Shown: piece by piece, positions 8,693 to 17,014 of the stretch
Numbering within the stretch: the first letter of the stretch is position 1
How the letters are laid out: the number at the start of each line of letters is the position of its first letter
From: a virus
Taxonomy: Duplodnaviria; Heunggongvirae; Uroviricota; Caudoviricetes
DNA length: 64,000 nucleotides
IMG/VR virus record: IMGVR_UViG_3300042901_002340
Reading direction: 5' to 3' (one strand)
Notes under the pieces: generated by a model
What the model saw: only the letters and a program-made list of their open reading frames with translations
The model's database searches: none
What the model was told of the DNA's origin: nothing
Made by a program: the position numbers and the translations under genes

Positions 8693-9175
8693 TTAGATTT
8701 TTTTATACTTCTTTCTTTTGGGTTTAAAATTTCTATCTAGCCACCATCCAAAATCACTGGTTATATTTTTTCCAGTGCAGAAATTTGTAAATTTTCCAAT
8801 TATTGAATAATCCCAATCAACATCAGCAATAAAGTTCTCCATGTAAATCCTAAGTTCTCTTAGTTCCTCTACCGTTGCTGGATCAGGTTCTGATATCTCA
8901 GTTACATAGATCATTCTATCAAATATGGTGACCCCCTCTTTTTTAGGTTCTTCCGTTATTATTTCTTGGGGTGATCTATACTCAATCGGGTTCGAGCATA
9001 GCTCTTGTATCTCAGAAAGACACTCATCAATATTATTGACTAATTCTTCATAAGTAAATACTTTGGTTCTTGCAAAATCTATCATGACCTCGAAAGCCTG
9101 TGATTTCCTAGTATCCCCACTAAGTGCTGTATAGAAAGTATACCATCTACTATTTGACCATCTTGAGTATGACAT
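8693..9175 (-). CDS. hypothetical protein
   Basis: MSYSRWSNS.WY start; ORF in gene run. Confidence 0.7.
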   Translation of the reverse strand: MSYSRWSNSRWYTFYTALSGDTRKSQAFEVMIDFARTKVFTYEELVNNIDECLSEIQELCSNPIEYRSPQEIITEEPKKEGVTIFDRMIYVTEISEPDPATVEELRELRIYMENFIADVDWDYSIIGKFTNFCTGKNITSDFGWWLDRNFKPKRKKYKKI

Positions 9176-9186
9176 CGGCTATTAGT

Positions 9187-9627
9187 TTAGATTAAATGAA
9201 GTAAAATATATGAAGCCTTATATCCTGCAAATGCACCGAGGGCGGATGGAATTGGAAAAACAATTAGTTTTCCTAGATCAGTTACATATTTGGGTCTATT
9301 TACGATTTTACCCATAAACGAATAATAAAGAAAATAACCTAATAGGACAGCAACATCGGTTCGTGTTGCTATAAAAACAACAAGCATTGCTCCAATAAAA
9401 CCAAAAACGAAATTATCCCTTATTCCTTCCCAAATTTCATAAGGTGTAGCTTTTTTATATTCACTTACAATTTTATCTATGCTTGATTTTTTATTTTTAA
9501 AATAAACATTATAAAAGGGTTTTTTGTTATTGGTAACCCTGGGTGATTTTTCAGATTCCTTCGAATCACCCATTATTTCTTTCATGTGATCATTAACTCT
9601 TCTAGTCATCGTCTTCTTCGTCTTCAT
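9187..9627 (-). CDS. membrane protein
   Basis: Three hydrophobic segments in the C-terminal half. Confidence 0.7.
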   Translation of the reverse strand: MKTKKTMTRRVNDHMKEIMGDSKESEKSPRVTNNKKPFYNVYFKNKKSSIDKIVSEYKKATPYEIWEGIRDNFVFGFIGAMLVVFIATRTDVAVLLGYFLYYSFMGKIVNRPKYVTDLGKLIVFPIPSALGAFAGYKASYILLHLI

Positions 9628-9751
9628 TTAGAAAATCCTCAGCTTTATAATCAGGAAAATTCTTATTCATATGATGTATTCCAGTAACCCATTATAGCAC
9701 AGCATCCGATAAATGCTGCAACAGCTATTACTATAAATATAATTCCCATTA

Positions 9752-10363
9752 TCAATCCCACCAGCCCTCTATCTGGGTATCCATTATTTTAAACAATAGG
9801 GATTTGGCTCTCTGATGATTCAGATGTGCCATACTCAAAGCAATCACGTGCTTATCATCTTCCCTTCCTTCTAAAGAAGTAAATCCTTCTCCCTTCATTA
9901 CCCTTTTATAAACAAGAGGATATTTTTTGAAATAATCATCATATTTTTCCCATACATTTTCACTGTTCCAAAGTGATGATCCAGGACTGTCTTCACAAGG
10001 GGTAAACCAATGTCTATCTTTGGCATAATCCATATACTCCAATGTGTAAACATCATCCTGTATATTTTGTATTAGTCTAACACAAATTCTCATGTTTCTA
10101 GCATCTTGTTGTGCTCTTGTATGAAAATCTCTTCGACCGATATAATCAGCCTGTGTAACTAACTTATGCTTCATTATCTCAAAAAGGTAATGACTATCCC
10201 AGTTACGATCTTTCCATATTACAGGAAGCCAATACCAAAGATTCTTAACCCCATTGGCAAATGTTTTATGCGCATATCTGCCATCGTGATCCCACCAAAG
10301 CCATATTCTTCTGAATACATTTGGTCTAGGTCTATTTTTCATTTCCTCAAAAAAATCTTCCAT
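9752..10363 (-). CDS. hypothetical phage protein
   Basis: W.W.PVIWKDR.WD ... GWWD C-terminus. Confidence 0.75.
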   Translation of the reverse strand: MEDFFEEMKNRPRPNVFRRIWLWWDHDGRYAHKTFANGVKNLWYWLPVIWKDRNWDSHYLFEIMKHKLVTQADYIGRRDFHTRAQQDARNMRICVRLIQNIQDDVYTLEYMDYAKDRHWFTPCEDSPGSSLWNSENVWEKYDDYFKKYPLVYKRVMKGEGFTSLEGREDDKHVIALSMAHLNHQRAKSLLFKIMDTQIEGWWD

Positions 10364-10560
10364 TATATAAACCTTAATATTAGATTAGCGCCGAAGCAAA
10401 TTAATGCTAGTATATTAACTGCTAACTGTATCTTGTACAATCTAAGTTCCTTCCTCTTATTGAAAATAAAATAAATTGTCCAGGAACCCAATAGGAATAT
10501 CCAGCCTAATATATTTAATACCAAATGTGTTGTTTCCATAGTTAATATTTTATTATGCAA
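10363..10560 (-). CDS. small two-TM membrane protein
   Basis: Two hydrophobic helices; likely start at METTH. Confidence 0.6.
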   Translation of the reverse strand: MHNKILTMETTHLVLNILGWIFLLGSWTIYFIFNKRKELRLYKIQLAVNILALICFGANLILRFI

Positions 10561-10565
10561 ATATA
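10558..10565 (-). promoter_or_regulatory. Bacteroidota sigma-70 type -7 element
   Basis: TTTTTTTTAATCGAATTTTTATAT-TATATTTG-CATAA. Confidence 0.65.
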
Positions 10566-10630
10566 ATATAAAAATTCGATTAAAAAAAATAATCAGATAT
10601 CATATTTAAAATAAAAATTATGTTCCATAA

Positions 10631-10656
10631 AAAAACCAGCTATTAAGCTGGTTTTT
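10631..10656. terminator. rho-independent terminator
   Basis: AAAAACCAGC-TATTAA-GCTGGTTTTT inverted repeat downstream of 10683..11141. Confidence 0.8.
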
Positions 10657-10682
10657 GATGTTTATTGATGTTTATTGATGGA

Positions 10683-11141
10683 TTATAGCTGCTGTTCTAA
10701 TTCCTCAGTCTCTTCCTCATCATCAGGGGTTTCTTCAGTTTCTACCTCTTCTTCCTCTTCTGTCTCACTATCTTCATTGTCTTCTTCATCATCGTATTCC
10801 TCGTCTTCGTCTTCGTCTTCATCCTCGTCTTCATCAGATTCCATAGGATATTCAAATTCACCCATCAGCCATTCAGAAACTTCCTGTACATCATCCTTGG
10901 ATGTTGCTATGTGATCAGAAGCCCAATCGTGCCCATTATTTAAAAGCTCATCAACCTTATCCGGATCCATCTTTAATATTTCCTCAACATGATGTTTTAT
11001 TGTTGCAAGATTTCTAAAGAACATGTAATGCTTTCTATCGTCACTATTGCTCTCGTTTGTTACTGCTAAAACCTCCTCGTTGTTTACGATTTCTGGTTTT
11101 TCGTTATTTTTGAATTGTTCAAATGAAGCTATTCTTTCCAT
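10683..11141 (-). CDS. putative head-internal protein with acidic tail
   Basis: N-terminal MERIASFEQF motif; ~45-residue D/E-rich C-terminus. Confidence 0.75.
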   Translation of the reverse strand: MERIASFEQFKNNEKPEIVNNEEVLAVTNESNSDDRKHYMFFRNLATIKHHVEEILKMDPDKVDELLNNGHDWASDHIATSKDDVQEVSEWLMGEFEYPMESDEDEDEDEDEDEEYDDEEDNEDSETEEEEEVETEETPDDEEETEELEQQL

Positions 11142-11160
11142 CTTTGTGTATTTTTTTTAA

Positions 11161-11170
11161 TTATATATCC
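11161..11170 (-). promoter_or_regulatory. putative late promoter GGATATATAA
   Basis: Recurrent DGATATATA motif shortly upstream of starts (13 sites). Confidence 0.6.
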
Positions 11171-11218
11171 ATATGAATTAATTTTTATTATATCGAGGTG
11201 CCTTTGTACGATATTATA

Positions 11219-12079
11219 TTAGTCTAGAGATCCGCCGCAAGTTGGGCAGAATTTCCAGTTTTGTTTTTTCATTCTAGTACCACAACCTGTACAATATGAT
11301 CTGATCTCTGATACCTCCACTGGTTTACCAGATCTTGGTAGTATTTTATATTCGGAAGTCCATGATGCATAGGAATTATAAGTTCCATTGTCATTATCAA
11401 AACTCTGGCTGGATTTACCACCTTTCTCTATTCTTCCAGTCTCTATGCTATTAGAAGATTTAGATCTTGTAGAGCTAGAATTAATATCAGATGTTGAATT
11501 ACCAAGATTTGAACAAAAATATGTGTTTGTTGTTCCACTGGTATAAGTTACATCACCTGTGGAATTTGACGTAAAGGTTGAAACCGGAGTGGAATAGTTT
11601 CCATAATCTCTAAAAAATGGAGGAGTGTTTGTTGTGAGAGTGCTGGGAAGACCCCAGGTTGTTACTGTTCCTGTATTAGTCCATGCAAAGTTTTGAAAAT
11701 ACTCAGCATGAAAATCAACTTTCAGATTACCATTTTTTGCAATTGCAGCTTTAGCCCCCGCTGTGTCTTCGACTTCATAGGTGGAGAAAACAAGTTTTTT
11801 GTTTTCGTCTATGAACCGATCAAGGAAATATCTCTGTCCAGGTTTTAAAACCAATCCAGAGGAACTAATGATTTGGCCGTTTATGTAGATCTTAGCTACA
11901 TAAGAAATTTGTGTGGGATTATAGAGCTCAATCTGAAACTCTTGTCCATCTTCCAGATAAACCTTTTCGGCTCCTGTGTTTACGTCGTAAACTTTCTGAC
12001 GATTGCTGGATACCGCGATCCAGGCTTGTGGTTTGTCAACGGAAAGTCCGCTGAGAATACCAGGTTTTTTGTTTTTCAT
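11219..12079 (-). CDS. hypothetical protein with C-terminal zinc ribbon
   Basis: CTGCG...CPTCG; S/T-rich linker; start reassigned to MKNKKPG. Confidence 0.75.
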   Translation of the reverse strand: MKNKKPGILSGLSVDKPQAWIAVSSNRQKVYDVNTGAEKVYLEDGQEFQIELYNPTQISYVAKIYINGQIISSSGLVLKPGQRYFLDRFIDENKKLVFSTYEVEDTAGAKAAIAKNGNLKVDFHAEYFQNFAWTNTGTVTTWGLPSTLTTNTPPFFRDYGNYSTPVSTFTSNSTGDVTYTSGTTNTYFCSNLGNSTSDINSSSTRSKSSNSIETGRIEKGGKSSQSFDNDNGTYNSYASWTSEYKILPRSGKPVEVSEIRSYCTGCGTRMKKQNWKFCPTCGGSLD

Positions 12080-12104
12080 TTTTACCTTATTTATTTTTTT
12101 AAAA

Positions 12105-12178
12105 TCCCATCGATGCTCATTCGAACATCTCAAAGGTCGTTAAACCCGGGACATCAAGTACTAAAGGCACCTTCAATA
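12105..12178 (-). ncRNA. candidate structured 5' leader RNA
   Basis: GC-richer island with two hairpins inside a GUCCC/GGGAU stem, and an arm complementary to the 3' UTR at 11191-11209. Confidence 0.5.
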
Positions 12179-12187
12179 CAATTGATA

Positions 12188-12197
12188 TTATATATCC
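12188..12197 (-). promoter_or_regulatory. putative late promoter GGATATATAA
   Basis: Recurrent motif. Confidence 0.6.
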
Positions 12198-12647
12198 TTA
12201 CCAGGAATCCTCATCATAATCATCATAGGAACTATAGGAATCGCTGGAGTCTTCGTCCCATTCCTCTTCCTCACCTATGAATCCTCTGTCATGTTCTTTA
12301 ATGACGCTTGACCATTCGTCACCATCCTTAAACCAAACATACGTTTGATCAGGTATTTCGCTTACCCATTCAATCTTGGAATCACTTACCCATCCTCCAG
12401 GAATAAACGAGTCTAAATTTTCAATCAGATCCTCAACCTCATTCAGTATATCATTATCGAATGGGTGATCCTCTATATAAATTTCAATATAACCATTGAA
12501 ATTTATATCCAGAGAAGCACTAAACAATGTACAGAATTTTAAGAAATCCTCATTAAGTTCCAAGCCTGATTTAATTTCATCGATCTGATCCTTAAGGAAT
12601 TTCTTATTGGAGGTTAAATCAACGGTTAAAAAATAATTACTTTTCAT
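12198..12647 (-). CDS. acidic hypothetical protein
   Basis: ORF with D/E-rich tail. Confidence 0.7.
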   Translation of the reverse strand: MKSNYFLTVDLTSNKKFLKDQIDEIKSGLELNEDFLKFCTLFSASLDINFNGYIEIYIEDHPFDNDILNEVEDLIENLDSFIPGGWVSDSKIEWVSEIPDQTYVWFKDGDEWSSVIKEHDRGFIGEEEEWDEDSSDSYSSYDDYDEDSW

Positions 12648-12708
12648 TATTTACTTTTTTTTAGTTGTATATACCAAAAAAATTATAAGTTTTATTGGAA
12701 CTATTAAA

Positions 12709-13032
12709 CTATTCTTCAGTTTTTAAACCTCTACCGAGTTCTTCCCGTTTTTCATCCGACATTGATCTGGCAAATATCCTGAGAGTTTTGCTTCCGTCCG
12801 ATGATTGGAAAGCTATTCTGCTCTCACTATTTGCCTTTAACATAAATGTTAATTCACCAGGTTCGTTCTGATCGTTGCTCCAAGCAATAACTATTGGATC
12901 CTCGTCATCGAATTGGAAACACCATTCCGCCTGATCAAAGCTTTCAATCCCTATTACTTTTTGTATTTGTTCTTCGTCCATTATGCTAAACTCGTCAGCA
13001 ACTATAAATTCTTTTTCCTCGTTGTTTTCCAT
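12709..13032 (-). CDS. hypothetical protein
   Basis: Coupled to rnhB. Confidence 0.7.
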   Translation of the reverse strand: MENNEEKEFIVADEFSIMDEEQIQKVIGIESFDQAEWCFQFDDEDPIVIAWSNDQNEPGELTFMLKANSESRIAFQSSDGSKTLRIFARSMSDEKREELGRGLKTEE

Positions 13033-13033
13033 A

Positions 13034-13621
13034 TTAAATAAAATTTTGACAGAAAGTTTTTCTGTGATGTTTAGTTATGCCAATTTCTCTTATGGCTTTT
13101 ATATGATCTGCTGTTCCGTATCCAACGTTGGTTACCCAACCATATTTGGGAAATTCATTATCCAGTGATCTCATTAATCTGTCCCTATGTACCTTAGCAA
13201 GTATTGATGCTGCTGCTATAGATTGTATCTTAGAATCACCCTTTATAACACACTCATAAGGAATTCCATTATATCCTGGGAATTTATCGCCATCAATATA
13301 TAAGAATTCAGGAACTTTACCACAACAATCAATTGCTCTTTTCATTGCAAGGAATGTTGCTTGTAGTATATTTATCCTATCAACCTCCTCCGGTGAAGCT
13401 GCTCCTATACCCCAACATATGGCATTATCCATTATTAGCTTTTCTGCTTCCTCTCTTTTTTTAAGACTTTTAATGGTCTTGCTGTCTTTTATCCTAGGAT
13501 CACTAAATCCAGGAGGCAATATAACAGCTGCTGCTACAACTGCACCCGAGAGGCACCCACGGCCAACTTCGTCCACTCCGGCTACTAATTTCAATTGAGA
13601 CACGTCTATATTATTGAACAT
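13034..13621 (-). CDS. rnhB: ribonuclease HII
   Basis: GVDEVGRG.L.G.VVAAAVIL, DSK, IDG, KGDSK..SIAAASILAKV.RD. Confidence 0.95.
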   Translation of the reverse strand: MFNNIDVSQLKLVAGVDEVGRGCLSGAVVAAAVILPPGFSDPRIKDSKTIKSLKKREEAEKLIMDNAICWGIGAASPEEVDRINILQATFLAMKRAIDCCGKVPEFLYIDGDKFPGYNGIPYECVIKGDSKIQSIAAASILAKVHRDRLMRSLDNEFPKYGWVTNVGYGTADHIKAIREIGITKHHRKTFCQNFI

Positions 13622-13629
13622 TGATTTTT

Positions 13630-15201
13630 TTATTTTAAAGTTGTGAATTCACCTTTTATGAAGTTTATATGTTGTGCCTTTCCGTCCTCATGTATGATAA
13701 CATGAGATTGAAGCCAGCCACTAGGTCCTATATTATAGTTGACCCTTAATTTTGTTGATGTACCAACGGCTAAAGCACCGTCCTTTCTACCTGGTGAATG
13801 ATAGTGGCCAACCACTATCTTCGTGTTTAATTTTCTGAATTGTATCAGAGATCCTCTAGTTCCGTTAGACCCAATATCCCCGTGCTGTCCAAGCTCCCAG
13901 CCGTTTATAACAAAACTGTCACTTCGACCCAGTGTTGTATAATTTGGGAATTTCTCATTTATAAGATATGGGATAATCCCGTTAGGTGCCTTACCTCTAA
14001 GCAATAAAGCACTATATTCCATATATTCTATGGAATTTTTCATCGTGCTTGCTTTTCTCCAATCAGTTCCCTTTAACCATCGATCCAAAAAGTCGTCATG
14101 ATTACTTCTAACTATGATTGTGTTATATTCTTTGAATGCTTCTAGTCCTTCCAACATCTCATCGACTTCTCTCTTTAAGGAATTAGTTCCATCGACTTCT
14201 CTTTGGAATTGTATGAATGGATCCTTGGATTCGTGATGGTTAATCGAAAGACCATCAAAGACATCATGTAGAACAACGTTTTCTGGATGTATAAGAGAAA
14301 ATAAATCTAAAGTCTTGCTTATCACTCTCTCGTCGTGTTGACCGTAGTGTAGGTCTCCTAGTATCGCTGCAGATACCTTCTCAATTCTTCTAACCACACC
14401 TTTTTCCTCACCAGCATTGTAGGAAACATTAAAATACAGATCGGTGAAATCCCCATGGTCATTTGCGGTAACCTGCCTAGCAAAGAATGTGTCTTTATCT
14501 TTTATCTCGATAACTACAAATCCCAGCGTGTGGTGAAATTCTCCCTTCTTTCCTGCTTTGGAATCAGTGTAGTTATTAACCGTACATGCACCTGTTGTCA
14601 TCATCATCTTGGGTAGATTACCCTCCAGTACAGGTATAGTTTCCATATGAACCTTTGGCGATCCAAAAACACATGAATTTATACCACTCATACCTTGTAA
14701 ACCTGTCATAGGATCCACAGCAGTTGGTTGTATCTTAACATCGGACATGATCCACATATGTTTATGTACCTCGTGTCTACCAGCATCCAGATACTGTTCT
14801 ATTCTCTCCGACCAGGTGTCGTAATTCCTATCAGTAAATACAGATGTTGGATTTTTATATCTTCCCGCTATTATATGGATATCAGCATTTATAAAATCAG
14901 CATAGGCTTCAATATTACCGATGAAAGTCTCATGTACAGGAGTATCGTTTTGAGCCCAGGTGATAATAAATCTTTTCCTCTTCTTATTGAATTTTCTTTC
15001 CTTAGCTTTTATAAATTGTGGGGATTCTTGTAAAGCCTTCTCTGTTATTCCCAATTTGGAAACCCATGATTGAACAGTTCTTTCAGATTTACCGAGATAG
15101 TTTTTAAGCTTTGTCATTCTATCGTCCCAAGCTAAATTTCTATCCCAATAAACATCAGAAATTGTTGTAATCTGTTCTGTAGTTAGATCTGAAAATTTCA
15201 T
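13630..15201 (-). CDS. large calcineurin-like metallophosphoesterase with N-terminal HTH-like region
   Basis: GDLH, HDVFDG, SNHD, HGD, GHYH metal motifs. Confidence 0.75.
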   Translation of the reverse strand: MKFSDLTTEQITTISDVYWDRNLAWDDRMTKLKNYLGKSERTVQSWVSKLGITEKALQESPQFIKAKERKFNKKRKRFIITWAQNDTPVHETFIGNIEAYADFINADIHIIAGRYKNPTSVFTDRNYDTWSERIEQYLDAGRHEVHKHMWIMSDVKIQPTAVDPMTGLQGMSGINSCVFGSPKVHMETIPVLEGNLPKMMMTTGACTVNNYTDSKAGKKGEFHHTLGFVVIEIKDKDTFFARQVTANDHGDFTDLYFNVSYNAGEEKGVVRRIEKVSAAILGDLHYGQHDERVISKTLDLFSLIHPENVVLHDVFDGLSINHHESKDPFIQFQREVDGTNSLKREVDEMLEGLEAFKEYNTIIVRSNHDDFLDRWLKGTDWRKASTMKNSIEYMEYSALLLRGKAPNGIIPYLINEKFPNYTTLGRSDSFVINGWELGQHGDIGSNGTRGSLIQFRKLNTKIVVGHYHSPGRKDGALAVGTSTKLRVNYNIGPSGWLQSHVIIHEDGKAQHINFIKGEFTTLK

Positions 15202-15296
15202 TAATTGTTTTTTGATGTTTAATGATATTTATATCTATCAACAAAATAAAGGTTTCAGTATTATTTCTGAAACCTTTATTTTTTATTCGGTATTTA

Positions 15297-15557
15297 TTAC
15301 GATTCCAAAATATCAACACTTTGTGGGTCTTTTTGTAGAGTCTCTTCAAGATCCTTAAAGAAATCTAGGATAAATTTACACTTTTCAAATTCCTCCGTTT
15401 GCTCATAATACCTTATCATGGATGATTCTATTTCGTCTCTTCTTGATAATATTTTTTGAGACATCATACTCTCTCTACCATAAACGATCATGCTATTATA
15501 TGCACTCTCGAATATTGCTCTCTGATCTCTACCGTTTATCTGCATTTTCATCATCAA
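15297..15557 (-). CDS. small protein with UVR-like EE(F/Y)EKC motif
   Basis: YYEQTEEFEKCKFI. Confidence 0.7.
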   Translation of the reverse strand: MMMKMQINGRDQRAIFESAYNSMIVYGRESMMSQKILSRRDEIESSMIRYYEQTEEFEKCKFILDFFKDLEETLQKDPQSVDILES

Positions 15558-15732
15558 ATTCTATTCTTAGGATATTTAAAAGATCCCTACACTTATCATA
15601 GTCTTCCAAAGTCTCAAAAGTTTTGAGACACTCCCTTATCTCTGGGATTGTCCGACCCTTCCCACTGTTACTCATTATTTCAGTATACAGTTTCAGTGAA
15701 AGATTGTATTTTTTTATATCTGAATCTTTCAT
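15529..15732 (-). CDS. small protein with UVR-like motif
   Basis: FETLEDYDKCRDL. Confidence 0.7.
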   Translation of the reverse strand: MKDSDIKKYNLSLKLYTEIMSNSGKGRTIPEIRECLKTFETLEDYDKCRDLLNILRIEFDDENADKR

Positions 15733-15738
15733 AACGAT

Positions 15739-16035
15739 TCATAATATATTTAAACCCATTATCTCAGAGCATTTTTCATACTCTTCCCTTCCCTCACACC
15801 ATCTAAGATATTCTTGCAAAAATATAGGAAATTTTTCGCTATCTATACTACACATAAATATTTGAGATGTTCCAGGATTCATTGGATCGTTATCAACCGA
15901 TGTAAAAAGTGAAGCTAAATCTCTATCTTTTGATATTGCTGATTTAACCTTGTCATAGAAAAGATCACCAAGATACGCACCGCTTTTATCCTTTATGTCT
16001 ATAAAATCTCTAAAAGAATGTGAATCTATATCCAT
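15739..16035 (-). CDS. small protein with UVR-like motif
   Basis: WCEGREEYEKCSEI; start reassigned to MDIDSH. Confidence 0.7.
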   Translation of the reverse strand: MDIDSHSFRDFIDIKDKSGAYLGDLFYDKVKSAISKDRDLASLFTSVDNDPMNPGTSQIFMCSIDSEKFPIFLQEYLRWCEGREEYEKCSEIMGLNIL

Positions 16036-16042
16036 GATATTA

Positions 16043-16450
16043 TTATCCGACCCCGAATATAACTTTACCAGCAACTGCTATGAGAGCTCCAAAAAGAATC
16101 CAAAGTGCCTGATTTACACCTTTCTTCCAGGTTTTCATTTCCTGTATATCGATGGTAAATTGCATATAATCATCATAACGATCTTGTTCCTGCATTCGGA
16201 ACCTTGTATTCTCGTTAACTTTAACTATTACGCCATCATCGGGATCTAGTAGTTTCTTCTTTATATCCGACATATCGTCCTTGATGGATTTTTGTTCTCT
16301 TTTGAGATCATCCATACTAGTTTGAAGAATCTTTATTTCCCCGTTAGGCATACTAGATTTGAGATCTTTTATCTCACCTAATATTTCCTTCATCAGAAAA
16401 GCTTGTGTTATTTCTTTTTCGTCCATAGTTACTTCCGGTTTATCGCCCAA
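16043..16450 (-). CDS. coiled-coil protein with C-terminal TM helix
   Basis: Heptad region then ALWILFGALIAVAGKVIFG; behind a GATATATA motif. Confidence 0.7.
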   Translation of the reverse strand: MGDKPEVTMDEKEITQAFLMKEILGEIKDLKSSMPNGEIKILQTSMDDLKREQKSIKDDMSDIKKKLLDPDDGVIVKVNENTRFRMQEQDRYDDYMQFTIDIQEMKTWKKGVNQALWILFGALIAVAGKVIFGVG

Positions 16451-16470
16451 TACACCAAAGTTTATTTGAA

Positions 16471-16480
16471 TTATATATCC
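16471..16480 (-). promoter_or_regulatory. putative late promoter GGATATATAA
   Basis: Recurrent motif. Confidence 0.6.
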
Positions 16481-16498
16481 AAATAATACTATATATTT

Positions 16499-16720
16499 TT
16501 AACGCAGAGTCTTATCTCTTGGAAAATCTATTATAATATCCGGAAGATCTGCGAAGACGTCAAACGCATCAGAATCGGACAAAATCTTAAAAATACCATA
16601 ATATTCATCATCAGGACCACCGAATTCATCCTCCAGGATTTCTATCCCCATTAATGAAATTATTTCACATACTCCTATATGCGACCTGGGGTCTATAGTT
16701 TTTATATAATATTCTAACAA
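16499..16720 (-). CDS. hypothetical protein
   Basis: ORF in run (TTG start). Confidence 0.55.
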   Translation of the reverse strand: MLEYYIKTIDPRSHIGVCEIISLMGIEILEDEFGGPDDEYYGIFKILSDSDAFDVFADLPDIIIDFPRDKTLR

Positions 16721-16724
16721 AATC

Positions 16725-17012
16725 TTATACGTTGTTTAATATTGCATTAGTTGGTATATCCGAATGTATGAAATAGTAAGTGTTGTCCGATTCATCAACA
16801 ACAACCATTCTGTCACCATCTGCAGATCCAATTAATCTAAGGGTTCTTCCATCGTGATTAAATTCACTTCCGAGGTGGGACTGTTCAAGTTTGGACCTCC
16901 TTATGAACTTATTCTGATTTCTTTCATAAAGTTTAGCATAGTGTTTTTTTATGCTATCTGAAGGCTCATTGATTTTTTTAAAATCTGGTCCTAATATTAT
17001 TGGGTTTTCCAT
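16725..17012 (-). CDS. hypothetical protein
   Basis: ORF in run. Confidence 0.7.
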   Translation of the reverse strand: MENPIILGPDFKKINEPSDSIKKHYAKLYERNQNKFIRRSKLEQSHLGSEFNHDGRTLRLIGSADGDRMVVVDESDNTYYFIHSDIPTNAILNNV

Positions 17013-17014
17013 AA

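Noticed and set aside
10657-10682. Short GATGTTTATT-like repeats, and similar AATTTTTTGAAA repeats at 22461-22491
   Set aside because: Low-complexity AT-rich sequence with only 2-3 short copies and no supportable function.
15155-15349. 64-aa minus-strand ORF bridging two genes
   Set aside because: It overlaps both neighbours out of frame and spans the promoter-containing intergenic gap.
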